Part shown: one piece after another, positions 46,554 through 57,030 of the stretch
Numbering within the stretch: position 1 is the stretch's first letter
Layout of the letters: each line of letters starts with the position of its first letter
NCBI GenBank assembly: GCA_037481815.1
Contig: JBBFKX010000001.1
Location: 704,001 to 768,000 of the forward strand
Reading direction: 5' to 3'
Length of the DNA: 64,000 nt
DNA from: a candidate division WOR-3 bacterium
GTDB taxonomy: Bacteria > Hydrothermota > 32-111
Program-made: the position numbers and the translations under genes
The notes under the pieces: model-generated
The model's database searches: none
The model's input: the letters and a program-made list of their open reading frames with translations, nothing else
What the model was told of the DNA's origin: nothing

Positions 46554-48293
46554 TTATTTTATTATTATGATTTTTTCTTTTATATCTTTACCATAATCAA
46601 CAAAGTATACTCCATCGTTCAGAAATGAAAGATCAACTTCTTTTGTATTTTCAAGATTTTTTTCAAAAACTTTTTTTCCTGTTTTATCGTAAATATCAAA
46701 GTGTTTTATAGAGTTGTCAAAAAAGAATACTTTATTTTTTATAAACAGAGGTTTTCTCGTTTCATATTTTAAAGTAAACTCTTTCACAACAACCTTATCA
46801 ATGAAAGTTAAACCTACTATTTTATAAGTATAATCTCCTTCAGAATCAAGTTTATCTGTAAATTTACCTGTCGGATTTTCAGATTCAAATATTGTTTTAT
46901 CATTTCGTATTATCTGTACACCAACAAAATCTGATGGTAGCACATAATCGAAAGAAACCTCTCTTTCCTCTATGTCAAAATCATAATTTATTTCAAACTC
47001 TTCTTTTTGAGTTGTTGTGGCACCATAAATAAAATTTGTCCATGTATAACATGCACCGTTGACCGATCCATTATATAGTGAAGATGCACCCCATCGATGT
47101 GTTGTGGCATCATATTCTGATTCAAAATAGTATATATTGTTATCATCAGGCATGTATATTCCAAGTCCATGAGAGTTTGAAAAACCGTTCTGCCAGTCCT
47201 CTGGATTCATTTTATCTATAATATTCATTACATTTACAGCATAACTTTTCACTCTTGTTCCTATTGTTCCATTAATATTCAAAAGATAACAAAAATGGTA
47301 AAGATCTTTAAAATCCTGATAAAAAGTTCCGGAAGACATTGGTTGTGCCCCATCAATACATGCCTGCACATCTGAAGCGCTTCTTCCCCCTTCATCAAGT
47401 ATAAGATATTTTGCAAGGTTGAATATCTGGCTTTTTAAATATAAAAGTTCACTTTCAGTAATTCCGTTGAAATACTCAGTATTGTTTATCACATTGTAAG
47501 TCAAAGTATTTTCCGTAGAAGAACCATAGTAGGTCTTATAATCGTTTACGATGAGATGTCCAAGCCACGCATGTGATGTTGGTGCACTTGTTGCAAGTGA
47601 TGTTATAAAAGAGTTATAATACCAACCGGCAAATGGTATGTTCGCCTCAGAATAAACAACCATATCTGCAAGATCATACATATCCCATAAAACTTCCATA
47701 TAAGCCATAACACACATATCACAACCGATAAAATAAAAATCTTTTCCAATTTGGTTTCTGGCACCTTCAAGTGCCTGTCTCCATTCACCAGCAGCACCAC
47801 TCATGAAATCTCCATCAGTATCATCAGAAACACCACCCTTAAATGGCATTTCCTGATCCTTTGCCCAACCGGCTCCATGGTTCCAGATGATAAGTCCATA
47901 ATTTGTTGCTTTGTAATTTTTCTCTGCCCAATCAACAAAATCTATCAGAGTTTGAGGGTCAGACATATTTTTTTCTCCCAAAACAACACTTGCAAGATCG
48001 TTTATCTTTCCATCGGTTCCACTTCCTCCACCTGATAGATGGTAATATCGCGTATCACTCCTTGTCCCACCATCATCTACATAGCCTCCATAAGAAGGAT
48101 GCCCATCCACACATATTACTATATCAAGATTAGATGTAAGGTTACCATACGCTGCCTCAATCTCATCTATATCATCATTTATAGCAGAGGAAAGATTGTT
48201 GTCCCCGCAAATGTAAATCATAAGTGTGAACTCTTTGCCATAAATGGATAACACAAAAATTATTCCAAAGATTAAAAAGAAAATTTTTTTCAT
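46554..48293 (-). CDS. Secreted clostripain-like (C11) cysteine peptidase with T9SS-like C-terminal domain
   Basis: Start moved to MKKIFF (GGAGG SD). YICGDNNL, IWNHGAGW (His), GCDMCVMA (Cys), HGLGIYMP; tail IYDKTGK...LNDGVYFV...KIIIIK. Confidence 0.88.
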   Translation of the reverse strand: MKKIFFLIFGIIFVLSIYGKEFTLMIYICGDNNLSSAINDDIDEIEAAYGNLTSNLDIVICVDGHPSYGGYVDDGGTRSDTRYYHLSGGGSGTDGKINDLASVVLGEKNMSDPQTLIDFVDWAEKNYKATNYGLIIWNHGAGWAKDQEMPFKGGVSDDTDGDFMSGAAGEWRQALEGARNQIGKDFYFIGCDMCVMAYMEVLWDMYDLADMVVYSEANIPFAGWYYNSFITSLATSAPTSHAWLGHLIVNDYKTYYGSSTENTLTYNVINNTEYFNGITESELLYLKSQIFNLAKYLILDEGGRSASDVQACIDGAQPMSSGTFYQDFKDLYHFCYLLNINGTIGTRVKSYAVNVMNIIDKMNPEDWQNGFSNSHGLGIYMPDDNNIYYFESEYDATTHRWGASSLYNGSVNGACYTWTNFIYGATTTQKEEFEINYDFDIEEREVSFDYVLPSDFVGVQIIRNDKTIFESENPTGKFTDKLDSEGDYTYKIVGLTFIDKVVVKEFTLKYETRKPLFIKNKVFFFDNSIKHFDIYDKTGKKVFEKNLENTKEVDLSFLNDGVYFVDYGKDIKEKIIIIK

Positions 48294-48347
48294 AAACCCT
48301 CCTAATCTTTCTTTTATTAATAACATAATTTCAAACAACATTCAATA

Positions 48348-48968
48348 TTAAAAATATTCCTGAGGATTATTTTTCAAATAATGGTTAATGTTGAGATTCT
48401 TTAACATAAAATTTCCATTTTTACATTCAAAAATCGTAGTTGATGCTGGATCAAAATGTATCTTCCAGAAATAGGGTTTTGGTATTCCCAAAATACCAGC
48501 AACAAGTGGCTTTAAAACTGCTCTATGTGTAACTATCAAAATATTACCTCTTGAATTTTCAACGATTTCTTTCGTCCTTTTTAAACTCCTTTGCATAACA
48601 TCATCAAGTTTTTCCATTCCATCAACCTCAAGATATTCTGGAGTTTTTTTCCATATTTCCCATTCTTTTGGAAAATTCTTTTCAACATACTCTTTTGTCA
48701 GATCCTCCCATGGACCTAAACTTATATTGTTGAAACTTTCATCCTTTTCGATTTCGATCCCTTTAAAATCAGCGATCGGCTGTGCTGTTTGAATAGATCT
48801 TTTAAGTGGACTTGAGATGATTCTTTCAAATTCAAAAACTTTTAAAAATTCTTTAAGTTCGTTTGCCTGTATTTCACCTATTTCAGTTAAAGGGAAATCT
48901 ACTCTTCCTCTGAATTTGTTATCCCTATTACCCTCACTTTCACCATGTCTTACAAGATAGATCAACAT
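48348..48968 (-). CDS. Histidine phosphatase (phosphoglycerate mutase) family protein
   Basis: LVRHGES, SSPLKRSIQTA, VTH. Confidence 0.92.
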   Translation of the reverse strand: MLIYLVRHGESEGNRDNKFRGRVDFPLTEIGEIQANELKEFLKVFEFERIISSPLKRSIQTAQPIADFKGIEIEKDESFNNISLGPWEDLTKEYVEKNFPKEWEIWKKTPEYLEVDGMEKLDDVMQRSLKRTKEIVENSRGNILIVTHRAVLKPLVAGILGIPKPYFWKIHFDPASTTIFECKNGNFMLKNLNINHYLKNNPQEYF

Positions 48969-48969
48969 T

Positions 48970-51147
48970 TTAAACTCCTATAAGTTCGTTAAAATCCAAA
49001 ATTTTGGGTTGGACAAAAAATTCGGAAACAACTCTTTTACCATATTTTTTTGTAATAACTCTTTCATCTAATATGTAAATTTCTCCACTATCATCCTTAC
49101 TTCTTATCAACCTTCCCATTCCCTGTTTCAATTTTAAAATAGCGTAAGGCAAAGAATAATCAAAAAATGGATCAAGACCTCTGTTTTTTAAATTTTCACT
49201 CTTTTTGATAAAAACAGGATCATCTGGTACAAGAAAAGGAAGTTTAACAATAACAAGTATTTCAAGAAGATCCCCGGGAAGATCAACACCTTCCCAGAAA
49301 GTATTCGTTCCAACAAGTATTGAGTTTTTTTTACTTTTGTATTCAAGAAGTATCTTTTCATTGTTTCCTTCTTTAATCTGAAAAATAAATTTTGGATCTT
49401 TTAAATTCTCTTTCAAATAATCGATCTGCTGATAAGATGTTGTTAGAACAAGTGTTCTTTTTCTTTTTTCCTCCAGTTTTTTTATAACGGTTACAACATT
49501 TTCCATAAATTGTTCAGAGTTTGGATCTCCAATATTTTTAAAGCAAAAAATTTCCATCTGTTTTTCGTAATCAAAAGATGAAACAAAAACTTCTTCTTTA
49601 TACTTTCTTTTGGATAACCCAACACCCACCCTCTCTTTAAAAAATTCAAAATCGTTTGATGTTTTAAGTGTTGCGGATGTAAAAACTATCGAACTTTTGT
49701 CTTTTTTTCTTAAAAAATTCGAGAACTGTTCTCCTGTGTTCACAAGCATCGCATAAAGCACAAGATTTTTTGTTCTTGTATTCATTTCATAGTAAAACGC
49801 ATAATCTGAGTTGTTCGCCTCGGTTATAACTATAAAAGATTCATAGATTTTTTTAGATTCTTCAACCAGATATTTAATATTCTGTTTGATTTCAAGATTT
49901 TTGAATTTTGAATCTTTTAAAATCTTCGTTGTTTTTTCACCATTTTCTCTGATCGAATAAAGTAACTGTTTGGTTTTTAGAACATGGGTTTTTATGTTTT
50001 CAAAAATTTTAGAATCGTATATATCTTTTTCTTTTTCTTCCTGCAGAACTTTCTCTAAAATATTTTCGTACATTATCTCAAAATTTTCATAAAGTGTGGT
50101 CAGGTATGAAAGAATCTCCGTGAAAAAATTGTAACAATCAAAGGATAAAGATGACTCCTCTATCGTTTTTAAATGATCTTTTATCTTTTTTACAAAATAT
50201 TTCAGAATTTTGAAAATTTCAAAAAAATCCAAAGAATAAGAGTAAACATCGGAAATAACATTTTCAAGGTTGTGTGCTTCATCAAAAACTATCATATCAA
50301 AATCACCGAGAATACTTTTTGGCAAAGTTTCATCTATTAAACATAGATAATGGTTCGTCACAACGATCTGACTCGATAAAACTTTTTCCTTCAATTTTAG
50401 ATAGAAACAAATATTCGAAAATGGACATTCATTATCCTGACAGTAACCACTATCGCATGTTATATCATCATATGTGATGCCTTTTATGAATTTTAAAGTA
50501 TTTACATCTCCAGTATTTGAAATCTGGATAAAACCTTCTGTTGCCAACTTCATCAAAGGGTGAAAGTTTTCCATATTTTCATAATATTTTGAAAAACAAA
50601 AATAGTTTGATATACCTTTGATGTTTATCACTGAAAAACTTTTTTTTGCATTGTAGGATGCAAGTTTTATATCTTTTACAAAGATCTGTTCCTGTAAACT
50701 TTTTGTGTTCGTTGATATCAGAAACCTTTTTTGATCAATATTTTCCATCATCGGCAAAAGGTAAGCCAGAGTTTTTCCGATACCCGGAGGAGCTTCAGCA
50801 ACGAGTATTGTGTTATCTTTTAAAATATTTTCAACATTCTCTCTGAAAAGTTTTTGACCGTCCCTTTCTTCAAGTTGTGGTCTTTTTTTAGAAGGATGAA
50901 CAACTTTAAATGATTCCTCTTTTAATCTGAATTTTTTTTCTTCAACATTCTCTTCTTTTAAAAGTAAAAGCAACTCTAAAAATGGACCTGAATCATAAGA
51001 AAGGATAAAGGAATTTATCAAAGAAGTACTGTACGAAAAAACTCTTTCCCTGAACTCTTTAAATGTAAAATTACCCACCTTATCAAATAGTACTGAATTT
51101 TTTTCCTCATCGGAAATCAGTGAAAAAAGTTTTTCTATTCTATCCAA
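48970..51147 (-). CDS. dinG: DinG/YoaA-family Fe-S helicase
   Basis: EAPPGIGKT, Cys cluster, FDEAH, FTSATL, FWEGVD, KQGMGRLIRS. Confidence 0.85.
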   Translation of the reverse strand: MDRIEKLFSLISDEEKNSVLFDKVGNFTFKEFRERVFSYSTSLINSFILSYDSGPFLELLLLLKEENVEEKKFRLKEESFKVVHPSKKRPQLEERDGQKLFRENVENILKDNTILVAEAPPGIGKTLAYLLPMMENIDQKRFLISTNTKSLQEQIFVKDIKLASYNAKKSFSVINIKGISNYFCFSKYYENMENFHPLMKLATEGFIQISNTGDVNTLKFIKGITYDDITCDSGYCQDNECPFSNICFYLKLKEKVLSSQIVVTNHYLCLIDETLPKSILGDFDMIVFDEAHNLENVISDVYSYSLDFFEIFKILKYFVKKIKDHLKTIEESSLSFDCYNFFTEILSYLTTLYENFEIMYENILEKVLQEEKEKDIYDSKIFENIKTHVLKTKQLLYSIRENGEKTTKILKDSKFKNLEIKQNIKYLVEESKKIYESFIVITEANNSDYAFYYEMNTRTKNLVLYAMLVNTGEQFSNFLRKKDKSSIVFTSATLKTSNDFEFFKERVGVGLSKRKYKEEVFVSSFDYEKQMEIFCFKNIGDPNSEQFMENVVTVIKKLEEKRKRTLVLTTSYQQIDYLKENLKDPKFIFQIKEGNNEKILLEYKSKKNSILVGTNTFWEGVDLPGDLLEILVIVKLPFLVPDDPVFIKKSENLKNRGLDPFFDYSLPYAILKLKQGMGRLIRSKDDSGEIYILDERVITKKYGKRVVSEFFVQPKILDFNELIGV

Positions 51148-52825
51148 CTGTTGCCTGTATCACCTCTTCGAGAGTGGTTATTCCAGCTTTGACTTTTATC
51201 AAACCATCCTCTCTTAACATTATAACACCCTCTTTTCTTGCCTGCATCCTTATCTGATCAACAGGTGCTTCTTTAACTATCATTTCTGAAATCGTTGGAG
51301 TTATCGGAAGGACTTCAAAAATTCCAACTCTTCCTTTATATCCTGTAAATCCACATACAGGGCATCCTTTTCCCATCATAAACTTTCCACCTCTCATATA
51401 CTCAGGATTTATACCATATCTGATAAACTCTTCATCAGGGATATCTATCTGAACAGCACAATTTTTACATACTCTTCTGATCAACCTCTGTGCCTCTATC
51501 AGAATAACAGCAGAAGCGACTTTATAAGGTTCTATTCCCATATCCTCCATTCTTGCGATCGTTGCAACAGTATCGTTTGTATGTAATGTTGAAAGAACGA
51601 GATGTCCTGTTAAAGCTGCTTTTATTGCGATATCTCCAGTTTCAAGATCCCTTATCTCTCCTACCATTATTATATCTGGATCCTGTCTTAAAAATGCTTT
51701 AAGCGCTGTTGCAAAAGTGTATCCAATATTTTCTCTTACATTAACCTGATTTATTCCTACAAAATCATACTCTATAGGATCCTCTGCTGTTGTTATGTTT
51801 ACATTTGGGGTATTCAACCTTGCAAGGATCGAGTAAAGTGTTACAGTTTTTCCTGAACCTGTTGGTCCTGTTACAAGTATTATTCCGTTTGGTCTTGATA
51901 TCGCTTCGATAAAATCGTTATATGCCTTTTTTGAAAGTCCAATATCTTCAAGTTTCATCAAAGATGATTTTTCCGCTATTCTCATACAGATCTTTTCTCC
52001 ATGTGCAGTTGGAAGTGTTGACACTCTTAGATCTATCGATTTATCTCCAATTTTCATTCCAATTCTTCCATCCTGTGGAATCCTTCTTTCAGAAATGTTA
52101 AGCCCTGCCATTATCTTCAACCTTGAAACAATCGCAGGACCAAGAGTGTACTGTGGACTCATAACCTCTTTCAACTCACCATCAACTCTGTAACGAACCC
52201 TCAATATCTTATCGAATGGTTCAATATGTATATCTGAAGCACCCTGTTTAACGGCTTCTATAATAATTCCATTAACAAGTTTTACAACAGGTGCAGCATC
52301 AACATCAATCAAAAGTTGTTGTGCATCGGGTTGCTTTTCCTCTTCAAGAATTTCTATTTCCTCTTCCATCCCGATTTCCGAAAGAACCTCAGCCATCGAA
52401 CCAGCAACTCCATAATATTTCTCAATCGCTTTTGATATCATATTCTCACTTGCAACAAGTGGTATAACATTATAACCGGTTGCAAATTTTATATCCTCTA
52501 TTGTATAAACATCAACAGGATTCGCCATCGCAAGAAAAAGATTTTTCCCTTCCCTTTTTACTGGAATCACCTGAAACTTTTGTGCTATTTGTGGAGAAAC
52601 TATTTTCAAAACGATAGGATCTATTTCCTCTTTGAACTCAAACACACCAACATTGTATTGTTTACCCAACGCTTTTGAAATCTGTTCATCTGTAACAAAA
52701 CCCATCTGGACAAGAATACTCCCTAATCTTCCTCCGTTCTCTTTCTGTTGGGAGAGTGCCTGATTCAACTGTTCTTTTGTGATAAGCCCCTCATCTATAA
52801 GAAGATCTCCTAACCTTTTCCACAT
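51140..52825 (-). CDS. pilB: Type IV pilus/T2SS assembly ATPase PilB
   Basis: MshEN-like RLGDLL/RLGSIL, ASDIHIEP, GPTGSGKT, LRQDPD, TGHLVLSTLH, two CxxC. Confidence 0.9.
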   Translation of the reverse strand: MWKRLGDLLIDEGLITKEQLNQALSQQKENGGRLGSILVQMGFVTDEQISKALGKQYNVGVFEFKEEIDPIVLKIVSPQIAQKFQVIPVKREGKNLFLAMANPVDVYTIEDIKFATGYNVIPLVASENMISKAIEKYYGVAGSMAEVLSEIGMEEEIEILEEEKQPDAQQLLIDVDAAPVVKLVNGIIIEAVKQGASDIHIEPFDKILRVRYRVDGELKEVMSPQYTLGPAIVSRLKIMAGLNISERRIPQDGRIGMKIGDKSIDLRVSTLPTAHGEKICMRIAEKSSLMKLEDIGLSKKAYNDFIEAISRPNGIILVTGPTGSGKTVTLYSILARLNTPNVNITTAEDPIEYDFVGINQVNVRENIGYTFATALKAFLRQDPDIIMVGEIRDLETGDIAIKAALTGHLVLSTLHTNDTVATIARMEDMGIEPYKVASAVILIEAQRLIRRVCKNCAVQIDIPDEEFIRYGINPEYMRGGKFMMGKGCPVCGFTGYKGRVGIFEVLPITPTISEMIVKEAPVDQIRMQARKEGVIMLREDGLIKVKAGITTLEEVIQATVG

Positions 52826-52886
52826 AGAATTTCCCCCTTTAAAAGATATATTTTACAAAAAAAAATACCAAGGTCAACAAAAAGTT

Positions 52887-53444
52887 TTAATCTTTTGAAA
52901 ATTTACCAACAATCTCACCATAAGAGATTATATGATTTGCAACAAATTTGAATATTTTTTCCTCTGTTAAAGTTGAGTCCTGTGGAAGGAATGTGTCAAG
53001 TGCAAAAACTTTGAAAAAATATCTGTGAGTTCCAAAGGGAGGATGAGGACCAAAGTAGGAATATTCATTCAACGAGTTCAACCCCTGTAAAATACCATTT
53101 TCCAAACGAAACGAGTTTTTTGAAAATCCTTCGGGAATAAAGGAATCTGAAGGCGAAATGTTAAAAACTATCCAATGTATGAATTTTCCAACCGGTGCAT
53201 CAGGATCTTCCATGATCAAAAGTAAAGATTTGGCTTTTTGTGGAACATTTTTGATCTCTATCGGCGGAGAAATATTTTCTCCTTTATATGAAAACTTTTT
53301 TGGTATAAAAGAATAGTTTTCAAAACATGAAATGACTTTTAAACTATCTACTCCATTCTCTTTTACTTTGAGTTCGGTTTTCGATTCACAATTGATTAAC
53401 AAAAGAGATATTAATATAAAAGATAAAAATAATTTTTTATTCAT
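52887..53444 (-). CDS. YbhB/YbcL (PEBP) family lipoprotein
   Basis: Lipobox-like LIN-C, GENISPP, MEDPDAP, HW, GPHPP.GTHRY. Confidence 0.9.
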   Translation of the reverse strand: MNKKLFLSFILISLLLINCESKTELKVKENGVDSLKVISCFENYSFIPKKFSYKGENISPPIEIKNVPQKAKSLLLIMEDPDAPVGKFIHWIVFNISPSDSFIPEGFSKNSFRLENGILQGLNSLNEYSYFGPHPPFGTHRYFFKVFALDTFLPQDSTLTEEKIFKFVANHIISYGEIVGKFSKD

Positions 53445-53490
53445 AAATTAGATTTTAGAACGTTTTTAAAAATTTTTCAACTCTTATTTA

Positions 53491-53518
53491 TTGACTGTAA
53501 ATATTTTGACTATATAAT
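53491..53518 (+). promoter_or_regulatory. Sigma70-type promoter of the polysaccharide operon
   Basis: TTGACT-16-TATAAT, then AAGGAG SD. Confidence 0.75.
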
Positions 53519-53542
53519 AATTTTTTTATATAAGGAGAAACT

Positions 53543-54424
53543 ATGAGAGCAGTTTTGCTATTTTTTATATTCATTACCACAATTATGACCTTTCCTTCTG
53601 TACCTTCAACAGAAAATTATCTTTTTGGTATCGGTGATTCTGTTGAAGTTTACGTTGTTGATAAAAAAGGAGTAAACTCTTTTACTTTTACATCAACAAC
53701 TCTTGATGATGGTTCTTTCATTCTTATGGTTCCATCAACAACAAAAAGCGGTCTCTTTGATTTAAAAACACAAACATACTTTACAAATTGGAAAGTGGTT
53801 AACTATAAAAATTTAACAAGAAGAGAGTTTGAGGACTCAATCTATAGAACCTACAAAAGAGAATTCCTTGTTGATACGGTTGTTTTGAATGTAAAATATT
53901 ACGGTTCTCATACTTATATAAACATATCGACAACACTCGACTCAACAAGATTTGTCAACTTTGAATGGGGCAAAAATTTTCTGTACTATATTTCTCATGT
54001 TCAAACACATTTTTTAATAACTCTTGATTCAAATTTAACGATATATACGATAAGAAACGGGAAAAATAATCTTGAAAAAGTTTCCCCATTTGACACAGTT
54101 TACCCCGGGGATAGGATATATTTAAAACCACAAACTGTATCCGTTGTTGGTCAGGTTGTGACTGGTGGTTTGTATCCATACTCACCTGATTTCTCAATTA
54201 ACGATTACATATCACTTGCTGGTGGACCATCAATAGAGGGAGATTTAAAAAATGTAAAACATTTTGATAAAAACGGAAAAAGGAAAAATGGCAAAGTTGA
54301 ACCTGACGATATGATCGTTGTTGGAAAATCTTTAGCGACAAATATTAAAGATATGACATACTTTGTTTCTGTGATAATGAACTCAATAATGATTTATGTT
54401 TACATATCGAACATTCTTAAATGA
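53543..54424 (+). CDS. Wza-like polysaccharide export protein with SLBB domain
   Basis: Y..GIGD, VSVVGQV..GGLY....DYISLAGG, C-terminal helix. Confidence 0.75.
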   Translation: MRAVLLFFIFITTIMTFPSVPSTENYLFGIGDSVEVYVVDKKGVNSFTFTSTTLDDGSFILMVPSTTKSGLFDLKTQTYFTNWKVVNYKNLTRREFEDSIYRTYKREFLVDTVVLNVKYYGSHTYINISTTLDSTRFVNFEWGKNFLYYISHVQTHFLITLDSNLTIYTIRNGKNNLEKVSPFDTVYPGDRIYLKPQTVSVVGQVVTGGLYPYSPDFSINDYISLAGGPSIEGDLKNVKHFDKNGKRKNGKVEPDDMIVVGKSLATNIKDMTYFVSVIMNSIMIYVYISNILK

Positions 54425-54434
54425 TGGAGGAGTA

Positions 54435-55583
54435 ATGAAGGATACGATCAAATTCATTATATATATCATCAACTATCGAAAATTTATACTCATTTCTCTT
54501 TTGATAACAGTTCTTCTTTCTTCTATAATAGCATTCGTTATTCCACAACAGTTCACTTCGTCAGTTTCTCTGACACCACCTGCTGGTAGCAGTCAATCGT
54601 TGCTTTCATCTCTAACATCGATTTCTAAAATGGCTGGTAGTTTTTTTGATATTGGAGGATTCTCAGCACAAACTGTTGATCTTTATATAGATATATTAAG
54701 AAGTAATTCGGTTGTTGACTCTCTGATTCTTAAATATGATCTTCAAAAAAGATATCATCTAAAAACCCTTGAACATACAAGATTAAAAGTAAAAAGGATC
54801 ACAAAATTTGATATTGGTGCTTCAGAGATGCTTACGATCTCTTTCACTGACAGAGACCCACAGTTTGCGAAAGATGTGTGTAACGATTATATTTATTATC
54901 TTAAAAAACAGATTAACTTGATAAACATACAAAAACAGCAAGAGAATCTAAAACTTTATGAGGATCTCTATCAAAAACAGATTCTCATAGTTGAAGAACT
55001 TTCGAACAGATTGAACGAATGGCTAAAAAGAAACAGATCCCTTGGAGTTGAATTTTCAGTCCAGCAGAAAACCCCATCGATGGTTTCCCTATACGATGAA
55101 CTGATAAAAGAAAAATCAGAGTTTTACAAGATGAAATATTCTTTACCAGACACATCTATGGCGTTAAAAAATAAAATGTTAAAAATTAAAGAACTTGAAA
55201 AATCAGTTGACTCGATATCATATTCCATATACGAAAAACCAGAAGAAGTTGTGAAATACACCGAGTTGAAGATTGACATGGAAGTAGCGTTGAGAATAAA
55301 AAACGAACTTTTAGGGCAACTGAACCTTATAAAAAGTAATCTCGAAAAACCAACTGACAATGTTTTTTTTGTAGATATGGCTACTGTTCCAACATTGAAA
55401 AGTTTCCCTCCAAGAAAGGAGATAGTTATTATTTCGTTTCTTCTTATTTTTGTGCTTGAAATATTATTTCTGGGAATAAAATATTATCTTGAAACCAATC
55501 TTGAAGATAAAGAAAGAAAAGAATTTTATAAATATTTAAAATTGGTTTTTTATGATCCATTCCAGAAAAGAAAAGATATTTGA
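54435..55583 (+). CDS. Polysaccharide co-polymerase (Wzz/Wzc N-terminal-like)
   Basis: Start moved to MKDTIK (GGAGGAG SD); two TM helices around a coiled coil, DMATVP..KSFPPR. Confidence 0.8.
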   Translation: MKDTIKFIIYIINYRKFILISLLITVLLSSIIAFVIPQQFTSSVSLTPPAGSSQSLLSSLTSISKMAGSFFDIGGFSAQTVDLYIDILRSNSVVDSLILKYDLQKRYHLKTLEHTRLKVKRITKFDIGASEMLTISFTDRDPQFAKDVCNDYIYYLKKQINLINIQKQQENLKLYEDLYQKQILIVEELSNRLNEWLKRNRSLGVEFSVQQKTPSMVSLYDELIKEKSEFYKMKYSLPDTSMALKNKMLKIKELEKSVDSISYSIYEKPEEVVKYTELKIDMEVALRIKNELLGQLNLIKSNLEKPTDNVFFVDMATVPTLKSFPPRKEIVIISFLLIFVLEILFLGIKYYLETNLEDKERKEFYKYLKLVFYDPFQKRKDI

Positions 55584-57030
55584 AAATCTTTTACTGATTT
55601 CTATAATTTCATTTTTTATTGTCTGTATAATTCTTTTTCTCCTTTTTGGATACAATATATTTGGGAGTAAAAGAGGGCTACTTTTTTCAGCCTCTTTTAT
55701 AGTGATTCTAATTTCGACTGCAATATCTTTACTATTATCTTTAAAAGATTTTTCAATACTCTATATATTAACTTTACCATTCTTTTTAAGATTAAATGTT
55801 ACAAGATTTTACATCGAATTTTTTCAATTAAAATTCCATTTGATAACGGTTTCGATAATATTTTTCATAATCGTTGGAATAATTAAAATTTTTATTGAAG
55901 GAAAGTTTCCTAAAAAAAGTGATATCAAAGATTTTCTGTTAAATTATTCTTTTGTTCTTATGCTCACCGGTGGTATAATGTCCTCTTTAGTAACAGAAAC
56001 AGCTGTTGGAGGAGATAAATCTGTTTCATTTTTTTCTACAACATTTGCATTTTTAATTCCATTTTTTATCTTTTTTATCTTTTCAAACGCTTTCAACACT
56101 ATCGGAGAGATAAAAACTGTACTTCTTTTTTTTACATTCTCATTCTTTCTTAATACGATTTCCGGTTTTCTGAACATCTTAATGAAATTTGACCTGGTGG
56201 AACTATTTCTTAACAGAGCATCGTTCAATTTTATAGGTCCAAACGTTTATGCAGCTACCGCCTTAATTTTCGTTCCAGTAACTTTTTATTTTCTTAATGA
56301 AGAAAAGGGAAGCAAAAAATTTTTGTTTTTCATATTCTTCATATTCATCAATCTCTCAATACTCATGACTATCAGCAGAGGTGGTCTTCTTTCTTTGGTT
56401 TTAATTTATCTTTTATTCTTTTTCCTGGCAAAAGATTTCAGAAAAAATGTAGCAATACTTTTTTATATATCTTCTGGGATTGGATCTTTAACCTTTGGAC
56501 TTTTATTCAATGTGATTTCAAGATTTTTCAACATCTTCACAAGAGCAAAAGTCACCGAATTCAGTACCCTGATCAGAGTCAACGCATGGCAACTCTCTCT
56601 ACAACAGATACCTTTTAATCCTTTAGGTATAGGTGGCAACCAGTTTCCAAAACTCTGGAGAAACCTTGGGGCTTTTCCTGAACAGTTGGTTTTACATTCC
56701 CATAATCTGATTTTGGGTTTAACTCTTGAATATGGGATAATAGCAATAATTGGATTTGTGTTTTTAAACGGTTATCTGTTGTACAATCTTTACCGGATCT
56801 CAAAAAAATTCTCTGGAACAATAAAAAATCTATCAATCTCATTCTTTATATCAATTCTTTCCTTCTTTTTTATGGGAACGATTTCCGAAGGACCAAGAGC
56901 ACACTTGAACAATGATGGATTTTTAACAAATGATCCTTTGATAATCTACTACATGTTTCTTGGAATAGTATATTCTTTCATAAAAGTGGTCTCAAATGAA
57001 AAAAAAGATACTTTTAATAGCACCACCTGA
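55552..57030 (+). CDS. O-antigen ligase/Wzy polymerase family protein
   Basis: Many TM helices, GPN, TISRGG, R...W, LGIG, HSHN. Confidence 0.85.
   Translation: MIHSRKEKIFENLLLISIISFFIVCIILFLLFGYNIFGSKRGLLFSASFIVILISTAISLLLSLKDFSILYILTLPFFLRLNVTRFYIEFFQLKFHLITVSIIFFIIVGIIKIFIEGKFPKKSDIKDFLLNYSFVLMLTGGIMSSLVTETAVGGDKSVSFFSTTFAFLIPFFIFFIFSNAFNTIGEIKTVLLFFTFSFFLNTISGFLNILMKFDLVELFLNRASFNFIGPNVYAATALIFVPVTFYFLNEEKGSKKFLFFIFFIFINLSILMTISRGGLLSLVLIYLLFFFLAKDFRKNVAILFYISSGIGSLTFGLLFNVISRFFNIFTRAKVTEFSTLIRVNAWQLSLQQIPFNPLGIGGNQFPKLWRNLGAFPEQLVLHSHNLILGLTLEYGIIAIIGFVFLNGYLLYNLYRISKKFSGTIKNLSISFFISILSFFFMGTISEGPRAHLNNDGFLTNDPLIIYYMFLGIVYSFIKVVSNEKKDTFNSTT

Noticed and set aside
48294..48341. ORF-track N-terminal extensions of the C11 peptidase and (54396-54434) the Wzz-like gene
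   Set aside because: Downstream ATGs have clear GGAGG SD sites and better N-termini; the extensions overlap promoter or upstream coding sequence.
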